Source: Eledone cirrhosa
Lineage: Eukaryota
Assembly: GCA_964016885.1 (NCBI GenBank)
Contig: OZ024755.1
Location: 2,294,001 to 2,358,000 of the forward strand
Length of the DNA: 64,000 nt
Reading direction: 5' to 3'
This document shows, piece after piece, positions 41,161 to 55,083 of the stretch. The notes under the pieces are model-generated. The model saw nothing but the letters and a program-made list of their open reading frames with translations, was not told where the DNA came from and did not search any database. The position numbers were made by a program, and so were the translations under genes. The number at the start of each line of letters is the position of its first letter. The first letter of the stretch is position 1.

Positions 41161-41299
41161 AGAAAATGGTTTCCTTGCACGTGATCCTACAGTAAACTGT
41201 AGTGTTGTTGTTGTTGTTGTTGTTTAGCCCCTGGATAACCTTATTATCAGGCGTGGGGTGGGGATTCCAGCCTCACCTATCACATCATTATGTGGGATA

Positions 41300-41477
41300 T
41301 AAAGACCGCAGGTGTTCTTGGTCCCTGCACTGCCGATTTCTTCCACAAAATCGCCAAGACAGCAGCCTACCTGAAGAAGGAATCCTGTGAGGCGGTGGTG
41401 GCTGATGCAGCGGGTGTCGCTGGCTATTCTCCGTGGAGGGGCACGGCCAAATCACCGCTGAGACTGGCGATGTAGAG
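41300..41477 (+). pseudogene. C-terminal relic of an RLE-type (CRE-like) non-LTR retrotransposon
   Basis: GVLGPCTADFFHKIAK... then frameshifted WLMQRVSLAILRG, matching the G..G....F...I...QR.S.AI.RGN terminus of CRE-like elements. Confidence 0.55.
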
Positions 41478-42408
41478 TCTGTCCCTCCCTTTCTCTCTCT
41501 CCCTTTCTTTCCTTCGTTGCTTAAGAACTACATTATCTGTGTCCCTTCTTTTATTTAAGACTATAGAGTTTACTATAGCTGCTATTTCTAGCTGGTCGTG
41601 CGACCATTTGGAGGTTCCCTAGTTGTGTGTATATGTGTGCCTGTATGTGCATGTATATATGTGTGTACAAGTGTGTGCATGCGTGTATATATATGTGTGT
41701 GTGTGTTTACATGTGTGCATGTGTGTGTGTTTACATGTGTGTGCATGCGTGTATATATATATGTGTGCATGCTTGTATATATATATATATGTGTGTGTGT
41801 GTGTTACATGTGTGCATGCTTGTATATATATGTTTGTGTGTGTGTATGCGTGTGTGTATATATGTGTGTGTGTGTGTCTACATGTGTGTGCATGCTTGTA
41901 TATATATGTGTGTGTGCGTGTGTGCACGTGCCTACTGCTTATATACCTGTTACTAGCCCTCATGATCCTTTGAACGTGTGTATAGAGTTGTTTGTGTGTG
42001 TATATATATATATACATATATACATATATATATAATTGGGTGTATATATATATATACATATATACATATATATATAATTGGGTGTGTATATATATGTGGT
42101 AGTACATGTTATTGTTGTTACAGTTGTTATTTAGCCCAAGGCTTGCCACGATTGATCAGCAACTGTATGATCAAAACCGTTCCAGCAGTGACCATTCCAT
42201 TTAAACCCCCCCCCCTATCATATCGTATCTCATACTACATCATCTAATGTAGTCTTACAATTTTACCACAGTAGACTGTGATATAAGGGACATTTAGCTG
42301 TCATTTCTAGCAACTAAAGCAACCATCTACAGGATAGCTGTATAGTGTACAGACACCTCCACTAATTAGGGTGTGTGTATGTAGAGTATTTAATATATAT
42401 ACTTTGTA

Positions 42409-42441
<33 letters not shown>

Positions 42442-42446
42442 GTTTA

Positions 42447-42645
42447 ATATAGAAATGGCTTCTACAGGACTAGCACTGTTTCGTTCAAAAGAAATCATCA
42501 GGAAAGGGCTTTCCTGATGATTTCTTTTGAATGAAACAGTTCCAGTCCTGTAGAAGCAGTTTCTATATCAATCATGAGGTTTACACTCTAGTAATGTATT
42601 GAGTACCTTACTAACTGTGGTTACCCCCGATTGAACCCGGGAATC
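42447..42645. mobile_element. Family B fold-back palindrome with two back-to-back hammerhead-like cores
   Basis: Palindrome 42447-42568. Plus: CTGATGA-tTTC-TTTT-GAAt-GAAAC (42514-42537); mirror copy on the minus strand (42478-42501). Tail gtattgagtacctta..actgtggttaccccc.gattg is shared with 16813 and 57760. Confidence 0.65.
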
Positions 42646-42658
42646 CCCCCCCCCCCCA

Positions 42659-42707
<49 letters not shown>

Positions 42708-42717
42708 ACACACACCA

Positions 42718-42783
<66 letters not shown>

Positions 42784-43912
42784 CTGTGTGTGTGTGTTTG
42801 TTTGGTTGTGCGCGCGAATTGGTCTTAAATCTGCTACTACTATGTATGTGAGTATATGTGTACATGTATGTGTGTATGAGTGTGTGTATATATGGTTTAA
42901 AGGTATGTTGTAGTGTAATGGAATAGTCTACCTTAGAGTATATATGTGTCTTTGTGTGTTCCTCTATATGGATGGGTGTGTGTGTGTTTCCCAGCATTTC
43001 TTTCACTGTTTGAGGTTTCTTTTTCTCATTCTCTCTCATTCATACCCCCCTCTCTCTCATTTATACCCCCCTCTCTCCTCACACTCTCTCTCATTCATAC
43101 CCCCCCCTCTCTCTCTCTCTCCTCACACTCTCTCATTCATACCCCCTCTCTCTCTCTCTCTCTCCCCCTCACACACTCTCTCCTCACACACTCTCTCCTC
43201 ACACACTCTCTCCTCACACACTCTCTCCTCACACACTCTCATTCATACCCCCTCTCTCTGTCTCTCCTCACACACTCTCTCACAGACACACTCTCTCACA
43301 GACACACTCTCTCTCTCCTCCACACACATACTCTCTCATTCATACCCTCTCTCCCACACTCACACACTCCCTCTCTCTCCCACACTCACACACTCCCTCT
43401 CTCTCCCACACTCACACACTCCCTCTCTCTCCCACACTCTCCCACACTCACACATACACACACTCACACACTCCCTCTCATTCACACACTCACACACACA
43501 CACTCACACACACACTCCCTCTCTCTCCCACACTCACACACACACTCCCTCTCTCTCCCACACTCACACACTCCCTCTCTCTCCACACACACTATCTCTC
43601 CCCCACTCTCTCTCTCCTTGATACACTCCTCTCTCTCTCCTTGATACACTCCTCTCTCATTCATACCCTCTCCCCTTTACTCTATCTCTCTCTCTCCCCA
43701 GTTCAGTCCTTAAGATCACAGACAATCTAGCTGTGACCTTCTCATCTATATGTTGTTGTTGAGACACGGTATAGTATATCTAGGACTACACAATTCAATG
43801 TGTCGTTATTTCGAAGACAAAGTGTGATTTTCGGTGAAATCCACCAGCTATTTATATAACTCAGGCAGACGACTGTATAAAAACTACTACATTAGCTCCT
43901 TTATCTACATAC

Positions 43913-43945
<33 letters not shown>

Positions 43946-43987
43946 CAACTCAGGCAGACGACCGTATAAAAACTACTACATTAGCTC

Positions 43988-44025
<38 letters not shown>

Positions 44026-44257
44026 TTCCCTCTATATAGTGTATGGTGTGTGTGTTTGGGTGTGCATCCTTGAGTGTGTGTGTATGTGTGTTGATGTGTG
44101 CATCCTTGTGTATGATGTATGTGTTTGTCTGTGCATCTTTGTATGTGTGCATCCTTGTGTGTATGATTGTGTGGTGCTCTTATTGCATGCATCTATATGT
44201 ATATATGCAATATTATGCTTGCGTATGTGTCAGTAATCCTGTGTATTTGAAGTATCT

Positions 44258-44379
<122 letters not shown>

Positions 44380-44931
44380 AATATATATATGTGTGCATAC
44401 ATACATTTCTTTCTCTGTATGTATATATATAAGGGGGGGGGGGGGTGTATATATATATGTGTGTGTGTGTTTGCGCATTTGATTGGCAAAATCATTAGAG
44501 CGTCTGACAGAATGCCTTGCGGTTTATATTTCCGTCTTATATATTATGAATTCAAATCCCGCCGAGCTCCACTTTAGCTTCCATCCCTCGGGGGTCGACA
44601 AGATACACTACCAATGAAGAAGTGGAGTCGATTGATATTCCTAGACTACATCATAAATGTGAATCGAATTATTAACACAGGAGCCTGCGTCTGAATATGT
44701 TGGGTGTGGGCATCCGTCGGTCGCGACGATGAGTGGGAAATTAACGTGAAACTGAGATTGAGCATTCCACAAACACGTGTACTCTAAATGGAATTCCCAC
44801 AGAGGTTCAACATGACACAGTTTGTGACTATATTGAGTCCCCTTTCAATAGCAGGTACAGTCAGATACAATCTGGAGGGCTTCTAAACAATCACCGACTG
44901 CCAAAATCCCACCCCAGGGGCTTGGGACCCG

Positions 44932-44976
<45 letters not shown>

Positions 44977-44980
<4 letters not shown>

Positions 44981-45140
44981 GGTAAACAGAAATAACAACA
45001 CAATCGGTACAGTATATGGAAGGAATATATTAGGTTAACGCTTGATATAGCAGGAAGAGGGTCTTAACGTTTCGGACGCTAGTCCTTCATCAGAAGAAAG
45101 AATGAGGAGACGGGTAGAGTGGAATTGGAAAAAATGCCTT
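44977..45140 (-). mobile_element. Short hammerhead-bearing non-coding element (family C), Penelope-like terminal repeat relic
   Basis: Shares ctcattct..ctgatgaagg and the 3' block tcaagcgttaa..taatatat..tactgt..gttatttctgtttac with copies at 49900, 55860 and 39052. Ends in (CA)n. Confidence 0.7.
45062..45097 (-). ncRNA. Minimal type I hammerhead ribozyme (Penelope-like element type), family C
   Basis: Minus strand reads TCTT-CTGATGA-A-GGAC-TAGC-GTCC-GAAA-CGT-T-AAGA: core boxes CUGAUGA and GAAA, 4-bp stem II, 4-bp stem I (TCTT/AAGA), and palindromic ACGT in place of stem III. Confidence 0.75.
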
Positions 45141-45444
45141 TAGATAAAGATAACAGGTCCCTTCGTGACGGACTTCTGCACAATTCTGTCTCCCAAAATC
45201 GTCTCACAAATTAATTATTCGTCTTTCTGGGGTTTTAGTAGGACAGCCATGAACTGTACAGAGGAATCGAAACCAGAATCATGTGTTTACAAATGGAACA
45301 TCCATATATAGAGAGTGAGAGAGGGGGAGGAGGAAGAGAGAGGAGGGGGAGTGTGTATTGAAACAACTGCCTTTCGTACGGGACAGTGTGTATGTTTGTG
45401 TGTGTATGTATGTATGTATGTATGTTTGTTCATTTGACGATGTT

Positions 45445-45482
<38 letters not shown>

Positions 45483-45495
45483 AGACACAGACACA

Positions 45496-45540
<45 letters not shown>

Positions 45541-45566
45541 AGCACAGATACACATACATAGTGTTG

Positions 45567-45602
<36 letters not shown>

Positions 45603-45627
45603 AGACACAGACACAGACACACACACA

Positions 45628-45660
<33 letters not shown>

Positions 45661-46112
45661 ACGTATGTAAAGCGACACATTCACAAACACACGCATACAG
45701 TCGATGCACACACTTACACACACACACACACATCTATACATATATACACAGTTAGCACAGATACACATACATAGTGTTGGCACACACACACACACATAGT
45801 GTTGGCACACACACACACACATAGTGTTGGCACACACACACACACATAGTGTTGGCACACACACACATAGTATTGGCACACACACACACATATATAGTTA
45901 AACATGCACATACACATGCATAGTGTTGGCAGACACACACACACACATATATAGTTAAACATGTACATACACATGCATAGTGTTGGCAGACACACACACA
46001 GACACACACACCAAGTAAATTGTGTGTAAGCTTTAGTAGCAACGAGATGGAAAGAAGCAGGCGACATCAAGGAAATCTCGTGAAATAACATCGTTAAACG
46101 TTTATTTGTGAT

Positions 46113-46278
46113 TTGGCCGAGTCGTTAGAATGTCGGACAGAATGTTTTGCAGAATTCTTTCCGGCCCATTGCTTTCGGAGTTCAAATCCCACCGAGGTCA
46201 ACTTTGACTTCCATCTTTTGGAGTTCGATAAAAAAAAAATAAAGTCCCAGTCAAGTAATAGGGATAGGGAGATCGAAT
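46113..46278 (+). mobile_element. Diverged main-family SINE
   Basis: A-box-like ttggccgagtcgttag; B-box gagttcaaatcc; central domain present. Confidence 0.65.
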
Positions 46279-47274
46279 CACTCACTCACTCACTCACTCA
46301 CTCACTCACTCACTCACTCACTCACTCACTCACTCACTCACTCACTCACTCACTCACTCACTCACTCTCACTTTCTCTCTCCCTCTCTCTCCCTCTCTCT
46401 CCCTCTCTCTCCCTCTCTCTCCCTCTCTCTCCCTCTCTCTCCCTCTCTCTCTCCCTCTCTCTCTCCCTCTCTCCCTCTCCCCTCTCTCTCTCTACTCTCA
46501 CTCTCACTCACTCACTCACTCACTCACTCACTCACTCACTCACTCACTCACTCACTCACTCACTCACTCACTCACTCACTCACTCACTCACTCACTCACT
46601 CACTCACTCACTCACTCTCTCTCTCTCTCTCACTCTCATTCACTTACTCTCACTCACTCACTCTCACTTTCTCTCTCACTCTCTCTCCCTCTCCCCTCTC
46701 TCTCTTACTCTCTCTCTCACTCACTCACTCACTCTCACTTATTCTCTCTCACTCACTCACTCACTCACTCTCACCCTCAGAATTGTTAAAATATCGGATC
46801 GAATGCTTTGCAGGATTCGTTCCAGCTCTGTCCTCCCTGTGTTTAATTTTGCCTTTCGTTCTTTCGAGGTCGATAAAAAAAGTACCAGTCCAGTACTAAA
46901 GTGGATACTACCTCTTCCTCAGCTCCTCTTTCACTCGCTCACTCGGTACCTCTTCCTCAGCTCCTCTCTTTCACTCGGTACCTCCATCTCACAACCTCCT
47001 CTTTCTCTCCTTCCATCCAAGAAATCAGGTGCGTTCAATCATATCTGAAGATGGGATAGGCTCCGACAAGTTTCAAACGCCCAAATCACGCTGTGTATCA
47101 GGACGACACCCCTATCATTTCTTCAGCTGTTACAAGCAGTGCTAGACTTACCTATAAACCAATTAAGCTATAGATTAGAGCCCCGAACTCTCAGGGGCCA
47201 CATTTAAAAAAATATATATTTTTATTTCATCATAAGTTTTTTATTTTTTAACACTAAATCATCAAAATTATGTG

Positions 47275-47482
47275 TGTGTCGGCTATATAGATGTGTGTGT
47301 GTGTGTGTGTGTCGGCTATATAGATCTGTGTGTGTGTATATATGTGAGCTATATAGATGTGTGTATGTGTATATATATATGTCCGCTATATAGATGTGTG
47401 TATATATATATATATATATATGTCAGCTATATAGATGTATGTATATATATATATATATATATATATGTCAGCTATATAGATG

Positions 47483-47513
<31 letters not shown>

Positions 47514-47980
47514 GTCAGCTATATAGATGTATGTATATATATATATATATGTCAGCTATATAGATGTATGTATATATATATATATATGTCAGCTATATAG
47601 ATGTGTGTATATATATATATATATGTCAGCTATATAGATGTGTGTATATATATATATATATGTCAGCTATATAGATGTGTGTGTGTGTATATATATATAT
47701 GTCAGCTATATAGATGTATGTATATATATATATATATGTCAGCTATATAGATGTATGTATATATATATATATATGTCAGCTATATAGATGTGTGTGTATA
47801 TATATATATGTCAGCTATATAGATGTGTGTATATATATATATATATGTCAGCTATATAGATGTGTGTGTGTATATATATATATGTCAGCTATATAGGTGT
47901 GTGTGTATATATATATATGTCAGCTATATAGGTGTGTGTGTATATATATATATATGTCAGCTATATAGGTGTGTGTATGT
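47275..47980. repeat. Array of a fixed GTCAGCTATATAG anchor with variable (TG)n(TA)n linkers
   Basis: ~19 anchors; linkers differ only in dinucleotide counts. Confidence 0.9.
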
Positions 47981-48171
47981 GTAGATCTGTGTATAAATGA
48001 ATTAAACCTTCATCCATTTTCCAGTGAGGTTCTGTGTAAGTATAAGTCCGTATTTATGAGTCACGGTGTATATTAGCGTGTGTGTGTGTGTATATATATA
48101 TGTGTGTGTGTGTGTGTGGTTTGGGAACCAGCACGCTAAATCCAAGTGTATGCGCATGCGCGCGTCTGCAT

Positions 48172-48301
<130 letters not shown>

Positions 48302-48421
48302 CTCTATACAAAGGCTCAAACATCCACAAACATAAACACATACGCACTCTCTTTCACTGAGACACACACATATATCCTTACATCCACACGGATTGATTTT
48401 ATATACTCGAATGTGATGCTG

Positions 48422-48497
<76 letters not shown>

Positions 48498-48673
48498 TTC
48501 CCTACACACGTATAGATACACGCATACGTACATATAGACATGCATACATAATACATGCATGCACACATATATATGTATGTATATATATGTAGATATATTG
48601 TTCCATTTATGTATGTGTCAGTGTATATGTATGCATATGTATGTGTCTATATGCGAGCAATCTTGTGATGTGC

Positions 48674-48772
<99 letters not shown>

Positions 48773-48837
48773 CTAGCAATCTTGTGATGTATGTATGTAT
48801 GTATATATATGTGTATATATATATATATGTATATGTG

Positions 48838-48885
<48 letters not shown>

Positions 48886-48984
48886 GTGTGTGTGTATTAG
48901 CAATCTTGTGATGTATATATATATATGTATATATATTATATATGTGTGTATTAGTAATCTTGTGATGTATGTATGTATATATAC

Positions 48985-49027
<43 letters not shown>

Positions 49028-49046
49028 CATATATATATATACATAC

Positions 49047-49078
<32 letters not shown>

Positions 49079-49220
49079 TAGTAATCTTGTGATATATATA
49101 CATTATGCGTTACAATGAATCGATACGATCACCTCTCATATCGTATGTAAAGCACGCATTGATGTGTTCATGCAGTCTTGCAGCATACACACACACATGC
49201 ACATATACACAAATACATGG

Positions 49221-49311
<91 letters not shown>

Positions 49312-49563
49312 CAATAACAGTGAATCAATTACACATGCATTAAAAAAAGGTCGGCTGACATACACATACATGCACACAAAGAAACATACATACATACATA
49401 CATACATACATACATACATACATACATACATAAAGAGAAAGAGAAAATATGTCTGTTGGAGAGGGAGAGAGAGAGGGGGGGAGAGTAGCAATCATTTTGT
49501 GCAAGGATTTAAACATTTATACAACATTATATAAATAAATCACATATATGCACATACATAATA

Positions 49564-49598
<35 letters not shown>

Positions 49599-49899
49599 GC
49601 AGCACGCAGACTCGCAAACACACATATATATATATATAGGGAGAGGAGAGAGAGAGATAATGGGACTGAGTAGTGAGAGAGAAAGAGATATTGTTACTGG
49701 GGAGAAAGGGAGAGAGAGTAAAAGGAGCGTTTTGAATAATGATCTTTAAAATTATAGAGAATATATAAATAAATTACGAACATCCACAGACATGCATACC
49801 TACACACGCACACGCACGCACACATATATATGCATGTGTGTGTGCATGTGTGTATAAGGTTTCAGCAGAGAATGGAACTATGTGTGTGTGTGTGTGTGT

Positions 49900-50070
49900 T
49901 TTCCCCCAAAATGACTGACTGAACACAAATTATGTCCGCCCCCCGTCTTCCTTTTTCTTTTTCTCATTCTATCATCTGATGAAGGACTCCCGTCCGAATC
50001 GTCGAGCCGCTTTTCCCACTATACCAAGCATTAAATTAATATTTCGTCATCGTACTGTATTGTTTGCATA
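49900..50070 (+). mobile_element. Family C copy with mutated hammerhead (GAAA>GAAT)
   Basis: CTGATGA-A-GGAC-TCCC-GTCC-GAAT-CGTC at 49976-50003; flanked by (TG)n and (TA)n. Confidence 0.65.
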
Positions 50071-50126
50071 TATATATATGTATATATATTTATATATATA
50101 TATACACACACATATATATATATATA

Positions 50127-50168
<42 letters not shown>

Positions 50169-50225
50169 TATATAAGGGCTGTGCCCCAGCATGGTCCCAG
50201 CCGGATGGCTGGAACAGGTAAAAGA

Positions 50226-50262
<37 letters not shown>

Positions 50263-50423
50263 CATACATAGATACGTATACATACACATACACACACTCA
50301 TATATATATACATACACACACTCATATATATATATATACATACATACACACACACATATATTTATATACACACATATATATATACATACATACACACACA
50401 CACACACACTCATATATTTATAT

Positions 50424-50470
<47 letters not shown>

Positions 50471-50563
50471 CACACACACACACTCATATATTTATATACA
50501 CATATATATATATATCTCCATATATATCTATATATATATCCATATATATATATACATATATAT

Positions 50564-50605
<42 letters not shown>

Positions 50606-51367
50606 ATATATATATATATGGATATATATATAGGGTATATAAATGAGAGGATAACGAGAGAAAGTGGTAGAAAGCGTGTGTAACTGTATCTGATAACGAT
50701 GGCGAGACAGTGTGTGTATGTGGTGTGTATGTGTGTGTATGTATGTGTATGTGTGTGTATGTATATGTGTTGCGTGTATATTTTGTGCAAAGATTTTAAA
50801 CATTTATACAGAATATATGAATAAATCAATTACCACCGTGCGCGCGCGCGCGCACATATAAAGACACACATACACACACACAAAGACACACATACACACA
50901 CACACATACACGATTACACATAAACACACACACAGAAGAAGGATTTTTGCAATCAGTTACGTATACACACCTAAATACACAATACATCTGTGCATGTATA
51001 CACACATACATATATGCATGTATACACACATACATATATGCATGTATACACACATACATACATACATACATACATACATACATACATACATACATACATA
51101 CATACATACATACATGATGTTGGCTGCAACTCAATTTCGAATAATGCCATCACTTGATACTTAAGCATGAACATCACAGACGTGGCTTTTTAGTCCAGCT
51201 AGGGCCTTGCCTATGGCCAGCCATGCTATCGTAAAACATTGCACCATATAAAGTGATGCCTGTGCTTGAAGCTTTTTTAAGTGAGGAAAAGCTTTGCACG
51301 GGGCCAATCCCACTCTCTGGACATCGAATGTATGTATCTCAAAAGAAGAACTGGTCTACATTATTGG

Positions 51368-51728
51368 ATGTTAGGGCGGTGGATTGGCAGTATCGGTAGA
51401 GGGTCGGTCGCCATGTTAGGGCGGTGGGTTGGCAGTATCGGTAGAGGGTCGGACGCCATGTTAGGGCGGTGGATTGGCAGTATCGGTAGAGGGTCGGTCA
51501 CCATGTTAGGGTGGTGGATTGGCAGTATCGGTAGAGGGTCGGTCACCATGTTAGGGCGGTGGGTTGGCAGTATCGGTAGAGGGTCGGTCACCATGCTTTG
51601 ACGCATAGTTACGGCCCTTGCCATTCTGAGTTCAAATCCCGCCGAGGTTAACTTTTCCTTTCATCCTTACGGGTCGATAAAATAAAGTAGCAGTAATTGC
51701 TGGCCTTGTGCCAAAAGTAGAAACAATT
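51368..51728 (+). mobile_element. Main-family SINE with five tandem 45-bp heads
   Basis: 5x atgttagggcggtggattggcagtatcggtagagggtcggtcacc (51368-51592), then a normal body with B box and tail. Confidence 0.85.
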
Positions 51729-52599
51729 AGTGGATGTAAACGAAGTCGGAGGTTTTATATCAGAGTGACCTTCTCCTAGAGAGATGTCGTAATCAAGACT
51801 AGGAGTATCTCACTCCATTAAAGAATTTAAAAAAATTGTTAGTTAACCAACTACACACACCTACAGCCCAGCTAATACCACCCCTGGGTCTACGGCACTA
51901 AACTGTTTGGTCTTTTGTGGGATATGGTACAAAATGTAGGGGACAAATTTTCAAAATTTCAAATTTTCTTTAATTAGTCATGGAAAATTGTTTGGTCGTG
52001 GGCCATAGAAAAGTAGTTTACTGATTGCATATGACCCGAGGGCCGCATATTTCAGGCCTCTGATGTTCTCTCTATACATATCAATAGTATTTGTATCAAC
52101 ACTAGAAATACCTTCTCACATAGATATATTGATATAATTTATTGGTGTGTTAAGCGACTTGGTAGATAGCCAATATTATTTATTGGTGTGATAAGCGACG
52201 TGGTAGATAGCCAATATTATATTTAGGGTATTTTATTTCATTTTCTGTTCAAATTGTGCTATGATAGACTTTATGATTAGTCCTCCCAGGATCGATAAAT
52301 TAAGTAATAATCAAGTACCAAGATCGATATTATCGATTGTACCTTGCTACCAAATATGGACTGGGGGTTTCTTATATTGTTGTTGATCGTTCGTTGTCGA
52401 AGATGATCAAGACTTGGGATTAGTTTGTCTGATGTGTCTGATGGGATTTCTGTGTCTGATGGGACTTGTCTGTCTGGTGGGACTTGTGTGTCTGATGGGA
52501 CTCTGTGTATGTGATGTTTTGTCTGTCTGATACGACTTGTGTGCATCTGTTGTATCTGATGTCTACCTGATGTGTCTTATCTGTCTGATGTGTCTGATG

Positions 52600-53050
52600 A
52601 CCCGTATATTTTGAAACGAGTTGATCCATGGAATTGCTACCACGTTGAGAACTGTCACTGATAAACCAGACAGAATACGAAGACACAAGGCCAAGATGTC
52701 AGTTAATTTGACAGGACGGTGAGATATCACTGTTCTATGTCTTGTCATCGGTTCTATCATTTGCTAAATCCCTATATTCTATTTTTGGTGCATCTCTTAT
52801 GTATCAGGTGTCATATATTTGTCATATCCTCCAGTTGGAGAAATAACTGATATTTTATTTCCCGTGTGTTTTAACGCTTTTATCCACTTTGTTTCTTCCG
52901 GCTTTCAGGGATGCTACACGTCTGTCAATTCTTACTTGGACATATTTTCTTCATTATCAGCTCTGCTAGGCAGAACTTGGCACTGGAGAACCTCACTGAT
53001 TCGGTTCTCATCCAACATTATTTCCACTGATTTATTCCTCGTTTCTTTTG
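52600..53050 (-). pseudogene. Degenerate RTE-like RT C-terminal relic
   Basis: Minus peptides IMLDENRISEV and CLRILSGLS..NV. Confidence 0.35.
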
Positions 53051-53082
53051 AAATTCTGAGTTCAGAAACGAATATTTTATTC

Positions 53083-53628
53083 TATATCAATATAGAGATG
53101 TATATAATTTATATATCAATATATAGAGGTATATAATTTATATATCAATATATAGAGGTATATAATTTATATATCAATATATAGAGGTATATATTTATAT
53201 AGCAGTATATAGAGGTATATATTTATATAGCAGTATATAGAGGTATATATTTATATAGCAGTATATAGAGGTATATAATTTATATAGCAGTATATAGAGG
53301 TATATAATTTATATATCAATATATAGAGGTATATATTTATATAGCAGTATATAGAGGTATATATTTATATAGCAGTATATAGAGGTATATATTTATATAG
53401 CAGTATATAGAGGTATATAATTTATATAGCAGTATATAGAGGTATATATTTATATAGCAGTATATAGAGGTATATATTTATATAGCAGTATATAGAGGTA
53501 TATAATTTATATAGCAGTATATAGAGGTATATAATTTATATAGCAGTATATAGAGGTATATAATTTATATAGCAGTATATAGAGGTATATAATTTATATA
53601 GCAGTATATAGAGGTATATAATTTATAT
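53083..53628. repeat. 28/29-bp AT-rich minisatellite
   Basis: gtatatagaggtatata(a)tttatatagca. Confidence 0.9.
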
Positions 53629-53670
53629 TTTCACACTATACATGTCTTGTCGTTCACGACTTTATATATA

Positions 53671-53715
53671 CAGAGGAACCTCAGTTCACGAACGCCTCTC
53701 ATCACGAACACTCTT
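53671..53715 (+). mobile_element. Tigger/pogo-like terminal fragment
   Basis: TA-cagaggaacctcagttcacgaac. Confidence 0.35.
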
Positions 53716-54086
53716 TATCATTAACAGTAATATAAAGAAATATATAATTATTTTTTTTAAATGTTCGCCCTAATTTTTTTTTAAAGAAGGGCCTTAGATT
53801 TGAAATATCTTTGAACCTCAGCAGATGAAGGTCCGACTCTGTTTTTATCAGAATTAGTAATTTAGAAAGTAATTATTCTCGTCACTAATGGTGTAACTTT
53901 AATTAATAGTTCTTGCTTTTCTTTAGCAAGTGTGCTAACAACAACTTTGTTAATACCACCAGGCTTTTAGTGAAGTACGTTATTTAGTCCATTTAAACAC
54001 TGGCTGTGTTTGAAACAAGGATTTCTAACCTCCGCATGAGGTCATATATTTAAATGAGAGAGGTCTATTGACATTATTAGGTCAAA

Positions 54087-54278
54087 GGGCGGTGGATTGA
54101 CAGTATCGGGAGAGGGTCGGACGCCATGCTTTGACTATAGAGTTACGGCCCTTGCTATTCTGAGTTCAAATCCCGCCTAGGTTAACTTTGCCTTTCATCC
54201 TTACGGAGTCGATAAAATAAAGTACCAGTAATGCACTGAAGTAATTGCTGGCTTTGTGCCAAAGGTAGAAACAATTAT
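54087..54278 (+). mobile_element. Main-family SINE, full length
   Basis: Head, B box, central domain and tail all present. Confidence 0.8.
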
Positions 54279-54429
54279 TTATTTTATCGACCATAGCCAT
54301 TATTGTATTGCCTGTTGAAGGGTAGAGAGTGGATTCAGTCAGTATTTGAACTCACAACTTACACAAGTTGGAAGTAAAAGTTGAAATTTAGTTCAACACT
54401 TTGTCGTGTCTGCTAGATGAAGTAATACT

Positions 54430-54570
54430 TGTTTCTACTTTAGGCACAAGGTCAGCAATTTTGGGACGAAGGGAAAATCGATTAAATCAGCCCCAGTGTG
54501 TTACTGGTACTTTATTTATCGACCCTGTAAGGAAGAAAGGCAAAGGTAACCACGGCGGGATTAGATTGAA
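54430..54570 (-). mobile_element. Main-family SINE 3' part
   Basis: Tail and central domain in reverse orientation. Confidence 0.7.
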
Positions 54571-54942
54571 CACAGATGGTAAAGGAAGTTAGAAAATATG
54601 CCAGTTTCCTGTCGACTGCTCTACAGAATCACTTATCGATCTCTCTTCATTTATTTACCAATAACTGAGATCATAAAGATTAGAGTGAAAACAAATCAAA
54701 GACAGTTAATACAAACAACACTGGGAGAGAGATGGGGGGTGAGAGAGAGACAGTTAATACAAACAACACTGGGAATGAGGACAGGGAAAGTAATTTAGTG
54801 AGGGATGGGGTGGGAGGAGGGAAGGAGAGAGAGAGAGTAATAAAAAGGTAAATGAAAGAAAGAAATATATTATTTGTTGAAAGTACATCGTATTTCATGA
54901 CGTTTCATTAAATTTATCTTAGATACTTTGACATACAAACTG

Positions 54943-54977
<35 letters not shown>

Positions 54978-55052
54978 CGTCTCTCTCTCTCTGTCTTTTT
55001 GTCATACAAACTGCTCTCCCTCTCTCTCACTGTCTCTCTTACCGTCTTACCG

Positions 55053-55083
<31 letters not shown>

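Noticed and set aside
47275-47980. CRISPR-like repeat-spacer appearance
   Set aside because: Linkers are dinucleotide runs rather than unique spacers; eukaryotic context; no cas genes.
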